From: Enterocloster bolteae
GTDB taxonomy: Bacteria; Bacillota; Clostridia; Lachnospirales; Lachnospiraceae
NCBI GenBank assembly: GCA_021772025.1
Contig: JAETNT010000005.1
Location: 41,267 to 105,266 of the forward strand
Direction: 5' to 3'
DNA: 64,000 nt
A model generated the notes under the pieces. That model saw only the letters and a program-made list of their open reading frames with translations, searched no databases and was not told the origin of the DNA. A program made the translations under genes and the position numbers. Positions 54,964-64,000 of this stretch are shown one piece after another; positions within the stretch are counted from its first letter, which is position 1, and each line of letters begins with the position of its first letter.

Positions 54964-56475
54964 ATGAGAAGAAGAATAAAAACCGCAGCCGCGCTGACCG
55001 CAGGCGCAGTGATGACTATAGGGGTATATGGTGTGGCATTTGCCGCAGCCGCACATTGGGAGCAGGAAGGTGAAGACTGGGTATATTTAGACAGCGATGG
55101 CGACCGTGTTACTGACACCTGGAAAAAGAGCGGAAACAACTGGTTTTATTTAGACAGCGACGGCTATATGGCAAGAGATACCATTGTTGTTTCCGGTTCC
55201 AATGATGATAAATATTATGTGGATTCTAACGGAGCGAAGGTAACAAACACCTGGGTATCGGTAGATAACGAAGGAGACAATGAATGCTCTGATCAGGAGG
55301 ACAGTTCTACAATCTGGTACTTTTTTGATTCCAGCGGAAAAGCCAAGAAATCAGACGGCGGAGCCAAAGTGTTTACGAACATTCCTTACGGCACTGATGG
55401 AAACTTAAAAGGAACGTATGCCTTCGACGAAGATGGCCATATGCTCAGCGGCTGGCAGGATATTGAACTTTCCAGCGGAAATACGGCTACCTATTATTTC
55501 GGCGATGAGAATCAGGGCTGGGCGGCTACAGGCTGGCAATATTTAGAAAAGCCGGAGGAGGCCTATGAAACAGACGATGAACCGGAAGACAGCGAAGCCT
55601 GGTACTATTTCGGCACCAACGGACGGGCTGTAAAAAATCAGAATAAATATATTAACGGTTTTTACTACACCTTTGACGAAAACGGCATCATGGATGATAC
55701 CTGGGTAGTAGGAACGCCCGGAGTTTCCAGCGGAACTGTACAGATTGCTACAGATGCGGCCGCCTTCTATACAGAGGATATCGGATATAGAAGAAGCGGT
55801 TGGATTTATACCTTTGACCCGGAAGATAAAGATCAGGAAGGCGACGAATACTGGTTCTATTTAAGCGCCAAAGGCGAGGCTTATAATGATGAAGGGAAGG
55901 ATGCCATAGCCCAGAAGGCAGAGGGCGTTACCGCCACCAACCTTTATGATGGGGAGATCTATGAAAATGTAGCGGCAAAAGTCATAAAGAATAAGACATA
56001 CTTGTTTGACGGCAATGGTCATGTCCTTACGGGAGTGCTGCGTCTTGACGGTGAAGCGTACCGCTCAGGAGGAAGCAAACTGGCAGACGGAGGAATCTAT
56101 TTCTTCAGTGAAAAAGAGGGATCCGAGAACGGCCAGATGCAAACCGGCAGAACTGCCTATGACAATGAGGGCGAAAATGTGACATATTACTTTAAGAAAA
56201 ACGGTCAGGCATATACCAATGCTTTGGTAGGAGGAGCCATCTATGATGAGGAAGGCAGACGGGTAGACGCTGAAGACGGCGGCACCTATATGCTGTATAC
56301 TACTACCCATGATATTACTGACGGTGACAGCAGCAAGGTAGTAATTGAAGCTGGAACCCAGGTAGCTGTAAACCGCAGCGGTACTGTAAAGAAAAGCGGA
56401 ACAGTAGACATTGATGGCGTGAAATATACCGTTAATAAGGACTCCTATGAGGCGTCGGAAAAAATTGAAAGTTAA
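54964..56475 (+). CDS. Secreted protein with putative cell-wall-binding (choline-binding-type) repeats
   Basis: Signal peptide plus repeated WxYLDSDGxM motifs (WVYLDSDGDRV, WFYLDSDGYMA, WYFFDSSGKA, WYYFGTNGRAV), characteristic of the CW_binding_1 repeat. Confidence 0.7.
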   Translation: MRRRIKTAAALTAGAVMTIGVYGVAFAAAAHWEQEGEDWVYLDSDGDRVTDTWKKSGNNWFYLDSDGYMARDTIVVSGSNDDKYYVDSNGAKVTNTWVSVDNEGDNECSDQEDSSTIWYFFDSSGKAKKSDGGAKVFTNIPYGTDGNLKGTYAFDEDGHMLSGWQDIELSSGNTATYYFGDENQGWAATGWQYLEKPEEAYETDDEPEDSEAWYYFGTNGRAVKNQNKYINGFYYTFDENGIMDDTWVVGTPGVSSGTVQIATDAAAFYTEDIGYRRSGWIYTFDPEDKDQEGDEYWFYLSAKGEAYNDEGKDAIAQKAEGVTATNLYDGEIYENVAAKVIKNKTYLFDGNGHVLTGVLRLDGEAYRSGGSKLADGGIYFFSEKEGSENGQMQTGRTAYDNEGENVTYYFKKNGQAYTNALVGGAIYDEEGRRVDAEDGGTYMLYTTTHDITDGDSSKVVIEAGTQVAVNRSGTVKKSGTVDIDGVKYTVNKDSYEASEKIES

Positions 56476-56634
56476 TAAAAAGACATTTTTAACCCTTGAA
56501 TCCTAAAAAGAGAGAGTCCCGTGAAATTCAGGCTGTTCAAGCCTTTGCTATATCACGGGATTCTCCTTTTTCTTTACTGTTAAATGATAAGCCGTATAGC
56601 TGCTGTTTTAGTAAAGAAAATTTCGGATTTCTCT

Positions 56635-56663
56635 TTACATTTTCCATAAGAGCCATTACAATG
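56635..56663 (+). promoter_or_regulatory. Sigma-A promoter for glnN (TTTACA-17-TACAAT)
   Basis: TTTACA at 56635-40, 17-nt spacer, TACAAT at 56658-63. Confidence 0.55.
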
Positions 56664-56720
56664 AAAAACAGATTTTATGACTTTCACTAATAAATCCGTT
56701 TGCCGGAAGGAGAAAATCTA

Positions 56721-58838
56721 ATGAATGATTTTATCAATGTATCAGAGCTCTTTGGCAAAAATGTATTTAACGACGCAGTTATGCGGGAGCATCTGCCTAA
56801 GAATGTATATAAGAAGCTGAAAAAGACCATTGAAGATGGCGCTGATCTGGATTCTACCATTGCAGACGCAGTTGCCCATGCGATGAAGGAATGGGCCATT
56901 GAGCGGGGAGCGACTCACTATAGCCACTGGTTCCAGCCTCTTACAGGGATTACGGCAGAAAAGCAGGACTCCTTTTTATCCGCTCCGGATTCTAACGGAA
57001 AGGCTATTATGGAATTTTCCGGAAAAGAGCTGATAAAAGGAGAACCGGATGCCTCCTCCTTTCCGTCAGGGGGACTTCGGGCAACTTTTGAAGCCAGAGG
57101 CTATACCATGTGGGACTGCACTTCACCGGCATTTTTAAAAGAGGATGCCATCGGCGTTACCTTGTGTATTCCTACTGCCTTTTGCTCTTATAAAGGGGAG
57201 GCTTTGGATAAGAAGACGCCTCTGCTGCGTTCTATGCAGGCGGTGGAGGAGCAGGCGCTTCGGATCCTGCGGCTTTTTGGAAACACTACCGCAAAGAGGG
57301 TAGTGCCGTCTGTAGGGCCGGAGCAGGAGTACTTTTTAGTGGATCATGAAAAGTATATGCAGAGAAAAGATCTGATTTATGCAGGCCGTACCCTGTTCGG
57401 CGCTATGCCGCCTAAGGGACAGGAGATGGATGATCATTATTTCGGAATTATCCGGGAAAGGGTCGGCTCCTTTATGCGGGAGCTAAATATTGAACTGTGG
57501 AAACTGGGAGTTTCCGCCAAAACCCAGCATAACGAGGCGGCTCCGGCCCAGCATGAGCTGGCTCCCATTTATGCGGAAGCCAACGTAGCAGTGGATCACA
57601 ATCAAATGACCATGGAAACTCTGAAAAAGGTAGCGGAGCGTCACGGCCTTAACTGCCTCCTTCATGAAAAACCGTTTAAGGGCGTTAACGGCTCCGGCAA
57701 GCATAATAACTGGTCCCTGATTTCCGATGACGGAATCAACCTGCTAAATCCCGGGGATACTCCTCATGAAAATATTCAATTTCTTTTGGTTTTGGCCTGC
57801 ATTCTAAAGGCTGTAGATGTTCATGCGGATTTGTTGAGAGAATCCGCCGCCAATCCGGGCAATGATCAGCGCCTGGGCGCTCAGGAAGCGCCTCCGGCCA
57901 TTATTTCCGTATTTTTGGGGGAGCAGCTGGAAGATGTGATTGACCAGTTGTGCAGCACAGGAGAAGCTACTCACTCCAAAAAGGGCGGTACTTTAAGAAC
58001 CGGTATTAAGACTCTTCCTGATTTATATAAGGATGCTACCGACAGAAACCGAACTTCCCCCTTTGCCTTTACAGGTAATAAATTTGAATTTCGCATGCTG
58101 GGGGCTTCCGACTCTGTAGCCTCCCCCAATATTGTGCTGAATACTATTGTAGCCGAAGCGTTTAAAGAAGCGGCGGATCGTCTGGAAAAGGCGGAAGACT
58201 TTGAGATGGAAGTCCACGATTTAATCAAGGAGCTGTTCCACCAGCACCGCAGGATTATCTTTAACGGCAACGGCTATTCGGAAGCCTGGGTGGAAGAGGC
58301 AGCCCGCCTTGGCCTTCCCAATATACGCTGCAGCGTGGATTCCATTGAAACCCTGACTACAGATAAGGCAGTGAAATTGTTTGAGGAATTCCATGTTTTT
58401 ACCAAAGCGGAATTAGAATCCCGGGTAGAGATCGAATATGAAGCTTATGCGAAAACCATGAATATTGAGGCGCGGACTATGCTGGATATGGCGGGAAAAC
58501 AGATTATACCTGCTGTAATCAAATATACTGCTCAGCTTGCCCGATCTATTCAGGCGGTAAGAGGAGCCTGTCCGGAGGCGGATGTCAGTGCCCAGACCGA
58601 TCTGCTGTTAAAGACTTCTGAGCTTTTGGCAGAGATGAAAAGGGAGCTGTCCCGTCTTTCTGATATTACTGAGACATGCGCTGCTATGGAAGCCGGGGAA
58701 GCCCAGGCTAAGGCCTATTACAGCCAGGTGGTTCCCGCCATGGATCGCCTGCGGGATCCGGCAGATAAACTGGAGATGATTGTAGACAAGGAGCTGTGGC
58801 CATTTCCAAGCTACGGAGATTTGATTTTTGAAGTATAG
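56721..58838 (+). CDS. glnN: Glutamine synthetase type III
   Basis: 706 aa, typical GS-III length, with N-terminus [37 protein letters not shown]. Confidence 0.9.
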   Translation: MNDFINVSELFGKNVFNDAVMREHLPKNVYKKLKKTIEDGADLDSTIADAVAHAMKEWAIERGATHYSHWFQPLTGITAEKQDSFLSAPDSNGKAIMEFSGKELIKGEPDASSFPSGGLRATFEARGYTMWDCTSPAFLKEDAIGVTLCIPTAFCSYKGEALDKKTPLLRSMQAVEEQALRILRLFGNTTAKRVVPSVGPEQEYFLVDHEKYMQRKDLIYAGRTLFGAMPPKGQEMDDHYFGIIRERVGSFMRELNIELWKLGVSAKTQHNEAAPAQHELAPIYAEANVAVDHNQMTMETLKKVAERHGLNCLLHEKPFKGVNGSGKHNNWSLISDDGINLLNPGDTPHENIQFLLVLACILKAVDVHADLLRESAANPGNDQRLGAQEAPPAIISVFLGEQLEDVIDQLCSTGEATHSKKGGTLRTGIKTLPDLYKDATDRNRTSPFAFTGNKFEFRMLGASDSVASPNIVLNTIVAEAFKEAADRLEKAEDFEMEVHDLIKELFHQHRRIIFNGNGYSEAWVEEAARLGLPNIRCSVDSIETLTTDKAVKLFEEFHVFTKAELESRVEIEYEAYAKTMNIEARTMLDMAGKQIIPAVIKYTAQLARSIQAVRGACPEADVSAQTDLLLKTSELLAEMKRELSRLSDITETCAAMEAGEAQAKAYYSQVVPAMDRLRDPADKLEMIVDKELWPFPSYGDLIFEV

Positions 58839-59043
58839 GGAAGACTGACAGAAAATCTGACAAAATGTGTCATTAACGTGAGCTGCCGGATATTCTGTAA
58901 TCAGAAGGGTGCTGTAAAATGAAGGCTGCAGCTTTCGTTTTGCAGCATTCTTTTTGACACAGTTACCCGAAAGTGCCTGCTTTACAAATGGGGGAAACCG
59001 CGATAAACTGAGGAAGAAATATCGGGAAAAGCAAGAATAGAAA

Positions 59044-59700
59044 GTGGAAATTATGATTGAATTTATAAAAGAAGTAATTGGATTATATATAGAAAGAGGT
59101 CCATGGTTTTTAGAGCTGTTGGCGGCCCATGTCCGCCTGTCCCTGATGGCAATCACCATTGCGGGAATTCTGGGACTTTTGATTGGGCTCCTGCTGTCAG
59201 AGCACCGTAGGGCGGCGCCGGTGGTTATTGGGATTTGCAATGCATTTTATACCATTCCTTCTATATCTATGCTGGGAATTCTAATTCCTCTGCTGGGTAT
59301 TGGGGATCAAAATGCAGTAACTGCCATTTCCATTTACGCCCTTATGCCCATGGTGCGAAATACCTATACAGGATTGACTACAGTGGACAAGGATATTTTA
59401 GAAGCGTCCAAGGCAATGGGAAGCACACGGCTGCAGACTTTGACTCGGGTTACTTTGCCGCTGGCTTTTCCGGTGATTTTAACCGGGCTTCGCAGCATGA
59501 CGGTAATGGCGATCTCCATGTGCGGCTTGGCATCCTATATTGGCGCCAGCGGCTTGGGAAAGGCTATTTATCGAGGAATCAGTATTTACAATCCGGCTAT
59601 GACCTTTGCCGGAAGTATTGTAATCGCCTTACTGGCCCTGACGGCAGATATGCTGCTGGGGATTGTAGAAAAATTATACAAAAATAAAAGGAGAATGTGA
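59044..59700 (+). CDS. Glycine betaine/carnitine/choline ABC transporter permease (OpuCB/OpuBB-like)
   Basis: ABC permease EAA-like loop LEASKAMGSTRLQTLTRVTLPLAFPVILTG and five to six TM helices. Confidence 0.85.
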   Translation: MEIMIEFIKEVIGLYIERGPWFLELLAAHVRLSLMAITIAGILGLLIGLLLSEHRRAAPVVIGICNAFYTIPSISMLGILIPLLGIGDQNAVTAISIYALMPMVRNTYTGLTTVDKDILEASKAMGSTRLQTLTRVTLPLAFPVILTGLRSMTVMAISMCGLASYIGASGLGKAIYRGISIYNPAMTFAGSIVIALLALTADMLLGIVEKLYKNKRRM

Positions 59701-59705
59701 TAATC

Positions 59706-60755
59706 ATGAAAAAATCAAAGTGGATAGCAGCAGTAATTTTATCCGGAGCTATGGCATTATCTCTGGCAGCATGCAAAGGAAATGAATCAGATAATGGAGC
59801 GGTTTCGGCCCAAACCACGGCAGCCGGTCCTTCAGGGGAGACCAAAGGCCAGGATGCCCCCGACGCTCCTTCTGCCGGAGAGGAACCGGCAGAGACAGGT
59901 GCTATGGCTGCGCCTGGAGGTGGAATCAAAGATCCTATTGAGATTGCAACCAAGCCTATGACAGAGCAGTATATACTGGCGGAAATGTTAAAACTTCTTA
60001 TTGAGGACAGCACCGATTATACTGTTAATATTACACCGGGTATCGGCGGAGGCACTTCCAATATTCATCCGGCTATGGTAGAGGGGGAGTTTGACCTGTA
60101 TCCGGAGTATACTTCCAGCGGTTATGTCATGGTGCTGGGACACGATGCAGTAGGAGTGTCCGACGATGAGATCTGGGAAACCTTACAAGCTGAGTATCAC
60201 GACAAATTCGGTATGACTTGGGTGGGACTTTACGGATTTAACAATACCTTTACCGTTGCCGTAAGAAGCGATGTGGCAAAGGAGAATAATATTGTTACCA
60301 CCTCCGACCTGGCGGCAATAGCCGGTGATTTAACTTTTGGCGGCAATCCGGACTATATTGAACGGGCAGACGGTTTTAACCTGCTATGTGACACTTATGG
60401 CCTGAAATTTAAAAAGGTTATGGATATTGATATTGGACTTAAATATCAGGCTATGGAAAACGGAGAAATTGACGTTACCAACGGCTATACCACAGATGCC
60501 CAGCTGGGCACAGAGGATGTAGTGGCACTGGAAGATGACAAGCATTTGCAGGCCAATTATTTCTGTTCTACTGTGGTAAGAGAAGACACCTTGGCCGAGT
60601 ACCCGGGACTGGAGGATGCCCTGATGAAGATGGACGGCATTTTGACAGATAAGGACATGGCAGCATTAAATTACAAACTGGAAGCAGAGGGCATGGATGA
60701 AAAACAGATTGCCATAGATTACCTGACAGAAAAGGGATTGATTAGTAATGAATAA
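59706..60755 (+). CDS. Osmoprotectant-binding lipoprotein (OpuAC/OpuCC-type substrate-binding protein)
   Basis: Lipobox LSLAAC|K and an OpuAC-fold SBP. ATG 12 nt after AAGGAG; the in-frame GTG at 59697 is too close to the RBS. Confidence 0.8.
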   Translation: MKKSKWIAAVILSGAMALSLAACKGNESDNGAVSAQTTAAGPSGETKGQDAPDAPSAGEEPAETGAMAAPGGGIKDPIEIATKPMTEQYILAEMLKLLIEDSTDYTVNITPGIGGGTSNIHPAMVEGEFDLYPEYTSSGYVMVLGHDAVGVSDDEIWETLQAEYHDKFGMTWVGLYGFNNTFTVAVRSDVAKENNIVTTSDLAAIAGDLTFGGNPDYIERADGFNLLCDTYGLKFKKVMDIDIGLKYQAMENGEIDVTNGYTTDAQLGTEDVVALEDDKHLQANYFCSTVVREDTLAEYPGLEDALMKMDGILTDKDMAALNYKLEAEGMDEKQIAIDYLTEKGLISNE

Positions 60756-61494
60756 AGAACAAACTCCAGATACCATTGTCCGGTTTGAAGGGGTGTCTCT
60801 GTCCTACGGGAAGAGCCAGATTTTAAAGGATATTTCCCTGGAAGTTCCCCGAGGGCAGTGCTTGACCATTATTGGAAGCTCTGGCTGCGGTAAGACTACC
60901 ATGTTAAAATTGATAAACGGCCTTTTAACGCCGGATACCGGACGGATTTTGGTGGATGGCAAGGATATCGGCCAGACGGATCTTACCGCCCTTCGCCGGG
61001 GTATCGGCTATGCCATTCAGAATGTTGGATTGTTTCCTCACATGACGGTAAGACAAAACGTTGCCTATGTGCCTTCTCTGTCAAAACAATGGGATAAAGA
61101 GACGGAGCGGCGCCGGGTGGCAGAGCTTTTAAAAATTGTCGGATTGGATGAGACAATGGCAGGACGATATCCTTCTGAGTTGTCCGGCGGCCAGAAGCAG
61201 CGGGTGGGAATTGCCAGGGCATTAGCCGCAAAGCCATCCCTGATGTTGATGGACGAGCCTTTTGGCGCTGTGGATAATATTACCCGAAAAGGGCTCCAAA
61301 AGGAGTTAAAGCGCCTTCACAGAGAACTGGGGCTCACGATTCTGTTTGTTACTCACGATATTCGGGAAGCTATGGCGCTTGGGGATCGCATTCTGATTAT
61401 GGAGGCGGGGAAAATCCTCCGCTTAGATACTCCGGAAGCGGTAAAAGCAGACCCGGGAAGTGAATTCGTGGCCCGATTATTGGAAGAAAATTAA
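60748..61494 (+). CDS. ABC transporter ATP-binding protein (OpuCA-like, no CBS domains)
   Basis: Walker A GSSGCGKTT, signature LSGGQKQRV, Walker B LMLMDEPFGAVD. Overlaps the SBP gene by 8 nt. Confidence 0.85.
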   Translation: MNKEQTPDTIVRFEGVSLSYGKSQILKDISLEVPRGQCLTIIGSSGCGKTTMLKLINGLLTPDTGRILVDGKDIGQTDLTALRRGIGYAIQNVGLFPHMTVRQNVAYVPSLSKQWDKETERRRVAELLKIVGLDETMAGRYPSELSGGQKQRVGIARALAAKPSLMLMDEPFGAVDNITRKGLQKELKRLHRELGLTILFVTHDIREAMALGDRILIMEAGKILRLDTPEAVKADPGSEFVARLLEEN

Positions 61495-61508
61495 AGGCAA
61501 AAGATTGT

Positions 61509-61552
61509 AAACCGCTGCACATAAGGGTTCTCCTGGCAGCGGTTTTTTTTTG
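61509..61552 (+). terminator. Rho-independent terminator
   Basis: AAACCGCTGC...GCAGCGGTTTTTTTTT. Confidence 0.85.
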
Positions 61553-61668
61553 CTTTGTTGTTTCTGAGAAAAAGTATTAAGTTTCTGGTAAAGATTCTTT
61601 AGGAAAAAAGTAACAACATCGAAAGAAAAGGGTGCTATACTGGATTGGACAGGGGGGAAAAGAAAAAT

Positions 61669-62799
61669 ATGACAGCAATTTACGGAGCGGCTCACTTTTT
61701 GGTGGATTTTGCCTGTGCCTATCTGATGTTTTCGGGGATTTACAAGGCGGAGAATTGGTATCTCTGTCTGCTTTTATACAATTTTTGCGCCTTTGCTATA
61801 CAGATGCCTATGGGTGCTTTTGCGGATTGGAGAGACCGTAATAGCCTTTTGGCAGTGTGCGGGTGCGTGTTGACGGCAGCGGCCTATGTGCCGGGAGTTG
61901 CCTTGATACATTGGGAATGGAATGAAATTGCGGCCGGACAAGGAATTGCCTTGGCAGCGGCAGTGACGGCCGGTCTTGGAAACGGTCTGTTTCACGTAGG
62001 AGGCGGCTTAGATACTTTAAACAAAAGCGAAAGATTTTCCGGTCTTTTGGGAATATTTGTAGCACCTGGCGCACTGGGGATATTTTTTGGAACCGCCATG
62101 GGAAAGGGCGCGGAAAAACCTGATATGTGGCCTTCTTTCCTTCTCTTTCTGGCGGCTTTTTGTATTGCAGAGAGAGCAAAGAAAAAGGAGATTTGGCGCT
62201 GCTCCGGTAATGCTTCTGTCTTTTATCACAACATAAGGGAAAAAGGGGCGGGGACGGCAGTGATTTGCTTGTTCCTGGTGGTGGTTCTCCGATCTTATTT
62301 GGGAATGATTCAGAACTTTCCCTGGAAAGATAATTTGGGAGCAGGGATGATTTTGGTAAGCGCCACTGCCATGGGAAAGGTGGCAGGGGGATTCCTTGCA
62401 GATATAGCAGGAATGAAAAAGACGGCTTTTGGGTCAGTTTTTGCTGCGGGAGTCCTGTATATGTTTTCCGACTATCCTGTTGCCGGAATTCTGGCAGTAT
62501 TTTTCTGGAACATGACTATGCCGCTTACTTTGTGGGCAGTGGCCAGGGTGCTTCCCGGAGCCAAAGGATTTTCTTTTGGCCTTCTGACGTTTGCTTTGTT
62601 TCTGGGCTTTTGCCCGTCTTACCTGCATGCGGAAGCCCTTACCGAATTATTTCAGAGTCAGGAACTGGGCCTGGGGATTCTCTGCGGAATTTCCCTAGTA
62701 CTTTTACAGGGAGGGATGTATTGTGCCGGAAAGCGCATGGATAGGAACATGGATATTTGCAGCGATGGCAGTGTCCCTGGGACTTACCCTGATTATTGA
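61669..62799 (+). CDS. Polytopic membrane transporter, probably MFS-type
   Basis: About 12 TM helices and an MFS motif-A-like GGFLADIAGMKKTAF. The ATG at 61669 is preferred over the TTG at 61645. Confidence 0.55.
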   Translation: MTAIYGAAHFLVDFACAYLMFSGIYKAENWYLCLLLYNFCAFAIQMPMGAFADWRDRNSLLAVCGCVLTAAAYVPGVALIHWEWNEIAAGQGIALAAAVTAGLGNGLFHVGGGLDTLNKSERFSGLLGIFVAPGALGIFFGTAMGKGAEKPDMWPSFLLFLAAFCIAERAKKKEIWRCSGNASVFYHNIREKGAGTAVICLFLVVVLRSYLGMIQNFPWKDNLGAGMILVSATAMGKVAGGFLADIAGMKKTAFGSVFAAGVLYMFSDYPVAGILAVFFWNMTMPLTLWAVARVLPGAKGFSFGLLTFALFLGFCPSYLHAEALTELFQSQELGLGILCGISLVLLQGGMYCAGKRMDRNMDICSDGSVPGTYPDY

Positions 62800-63115
62800 G
62801 CTGGCATTTGCCTTTTTCTGGCGTCTTCAGAATCCCAGAGAGTTTTTGCTGGTAGCGGCAGTAAACCTGCTTACCAATCCGGCCGTAGTGGCTGGGTACT
62901 ACCTGGCCCGCTGGCTGATTCTGGGAAATTTCTTGGGAATACCGGGGATGAAAAGGCTCTGGATATTAAAAGGAATAAAGATTTTTCTGGAAGCTGCCGC
63001 CATAAGCACGGAGGCGGTTTGCTACCGCTTGGCCAGCCGGGATATTCGTCGCCCATGGTTGTTTTCCCTGCTGGCCAACAGTCTTTCTTACTTTATAGGA
63101 AAGCAGATTGTTTAA
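62723..63115 (+). CDS. Hypothetical small membrane protein (3-4 TM) overlapping the 3' end of the upstream transporter gene
   Basis: Hydrophobic ORF with a 77-nt out-of-frame overlap. It may start at an internal Met (~62765) or be spurious. Confidence 0.3.
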   Translation: MPESAWIGTWIFAAMAVSLGLTLIIELAFAFFWRLQNPREFLLVAAVNLLTNPAVVAGYYLARWLILGNFLGIPGMKRLWILKGIKIFLEAAAISTEAVCYRLASRDIRRPWLFSLLANSLSYFIGKQIV

Positions 63116-63137
63116 AATAGACAAGGAGGAGAAGTTT

Positions 63138-64000
63138 ATGAAACGAGTATCTTTGACGGCACGCATACTGCCTGCCTTATGGAGGTCCGGAAGGAAGACC
63201 GCCGCCTGTTTGTTTTTTGCCGCTGTTCTGGTATCGGGCACCGGGACGGCCCGTGCGGATGTGATTTGGGAACCGAATGATCCCTTTTACACTGCAAAAT
63301 ATATGGAAGAGATAAGCCGGGATGAATTTGTTCTGAATAACCGGAATTATTTTACCAACGGGAAATTGGGCTATATTTACGTTACAGACGATCCGGAGAA
63401 AGAGACCATTGCAGATGCCCTGGAAAATGGCATTCGGGTTTTTGTGTCCTTCACCTATGTAAACAGCGAAGGGGAAGAATGGGGAGTGATCCAGTATGAA
63501 CAAGGGGAGGACGGACAGATTATCCCCAGCTATCGGTATGCAGAGGATGGAAGTGTAAAGACAGGCTGGATCCGCATGGAAGAGCTGTCCTTAATTTATG
63601 ACAGCGAAGAATTTAAAAAGGATCATGAAGAGGAGATTAAGGTCAATGACAGAACAGCTGAGATTCGGCTGAAACCTGGGGAAGAGCTGCAATATTGGAG
63701 TTATCCTGGCTCCGGAAACATTATCGGAAGTACACCTGACACAGACAAACTTACCATTGAACAGGTTTACACCGATGAGGACGGAGAACAGTGGGGCTAT
63801 GTGAACTATTATTATGGGATTAGGGATGTTTGGGTCTGTATTACTCATCCGTCGGCGGTGGATTTGCCGGTGCGGGCTCCTTCTCCGCAGGAACAGGTAG
63901 CCCCGGCAAAAATTCCTGAAAATCTGCCGGAAACCATGGATGATGCGTTAGGGGAACAACATGCGGGAAAAGAAGGAACAACCAGGCCTAGGACCAGTAC
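63138..64000 (+). CDS. Hypothetical secreted protein, 5' partial (continues beyond window); not in the ORF track because no stop is reached
   Basis: ATG 8 nt after AAGGAGGAG. The frame stays open to the window end. Signal peptide AACLFFAAVLVSGTGTARA|DV. Confidence 0.5.
   Translation, partial: MKRVSLTARILPALWRSGRKTAACLFFAAVLVSGTGTARADVIWEPNDPFYTAKYMEEISRDEFVLNNRNYFTNGKLGYIYVTDDPEKETIADALENGIRVFVSFTYVNSEGEEWGVIQYEQGEDGQIIPSYRYAEDGSVKTGWIRMEELSLIYDSEEFKKDHEEEIKVNDRTAEIRLKPGEELQYWSYPGSGNIIGSTPDTDKLTIEQVYTDEDGEQWGYVNYYYGIRDVWVCITHPSAVDLPVRAPSPQEQVAPAKIPENLPETMDDALGEQHAGKEGTTRPRTS

Noticed and set aside
59041-59046. Exact start of the OpuCB permease gene
   Set aside because: My hand count of the printed sequence places the GTG one base off the ORF-track coordinate. 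I kept the track coordinate (59044). This is a reminder that my manually derived coordinates carry an uncertainty of 1-2 nt.
59235-59687. 150-aa alternative-frame ORF inside the OpuCB permease gene, and similar internal or antisense ORFs within glgB, clpB, feoB and the helicase
   Set aside because: These are embedded in well-supported genes with conserved motifs, and their translations are compositionally biased (Gly/Arg/Ser-rich). They are shadow ORFs.

Overview
This window is a 64-kb chromosomal segment from a Firmicutes/Clostridia-type genome (AGGAGG ribosome-binding sites, sigma-A promoters, a CIRCE element, and sporulation-free housekeeping genes typical of Lachnospiraceae-like anaerobes). 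Nearly all coding is on the + strand. There are no rRNA or tRNA genes, CRISPR arrays or intact mobile elements. Recognisable core genes: aroC (3' part), rpiB, signal peptidase I, glgB, mscS, malQ, punA, a MATE efflux pump, a CIRCE-controlled clpB, feoB, sfsA, thrC, fba, type III glutamine synthetase and an OpuC-like osmoprotectant ABC transporter. The most unusual features are: (1) a translation-factor pair, a distant TetM/TetO-like GTPase followed by a eukaryote-like Suv3-type RNA helicase with a zinc-ribbon and Gly/Arg-rich tail; (2) a YdjI/YdjG/YdjH-like module (SPFH protein with double zinc ribbon, zinc-ribbon membrane protein, TPM-domain protein) with no pspA; (3) a two-component system joined to an 863-aa bitopic membrane protein and an ABC-2 transporter; (4) a sigma-54 promoter and enhancer-binding protein driving a dpaL-ygeY-symporter-amidohydrolase cluster that abuts a truncated AraC remnant; (5) GlgB carrying a ~95-aa lysine-rich histone-H1-like tail; (6) gene remnants (DUF5131/Gp37-like phage gene, a frameshifted ORF, an AraC fragment) and a 51-bp tandem duplication carrying a palindrome and ribosome-binding site. 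All coordinates I derived by hand are approximate to within a few nucleotides.
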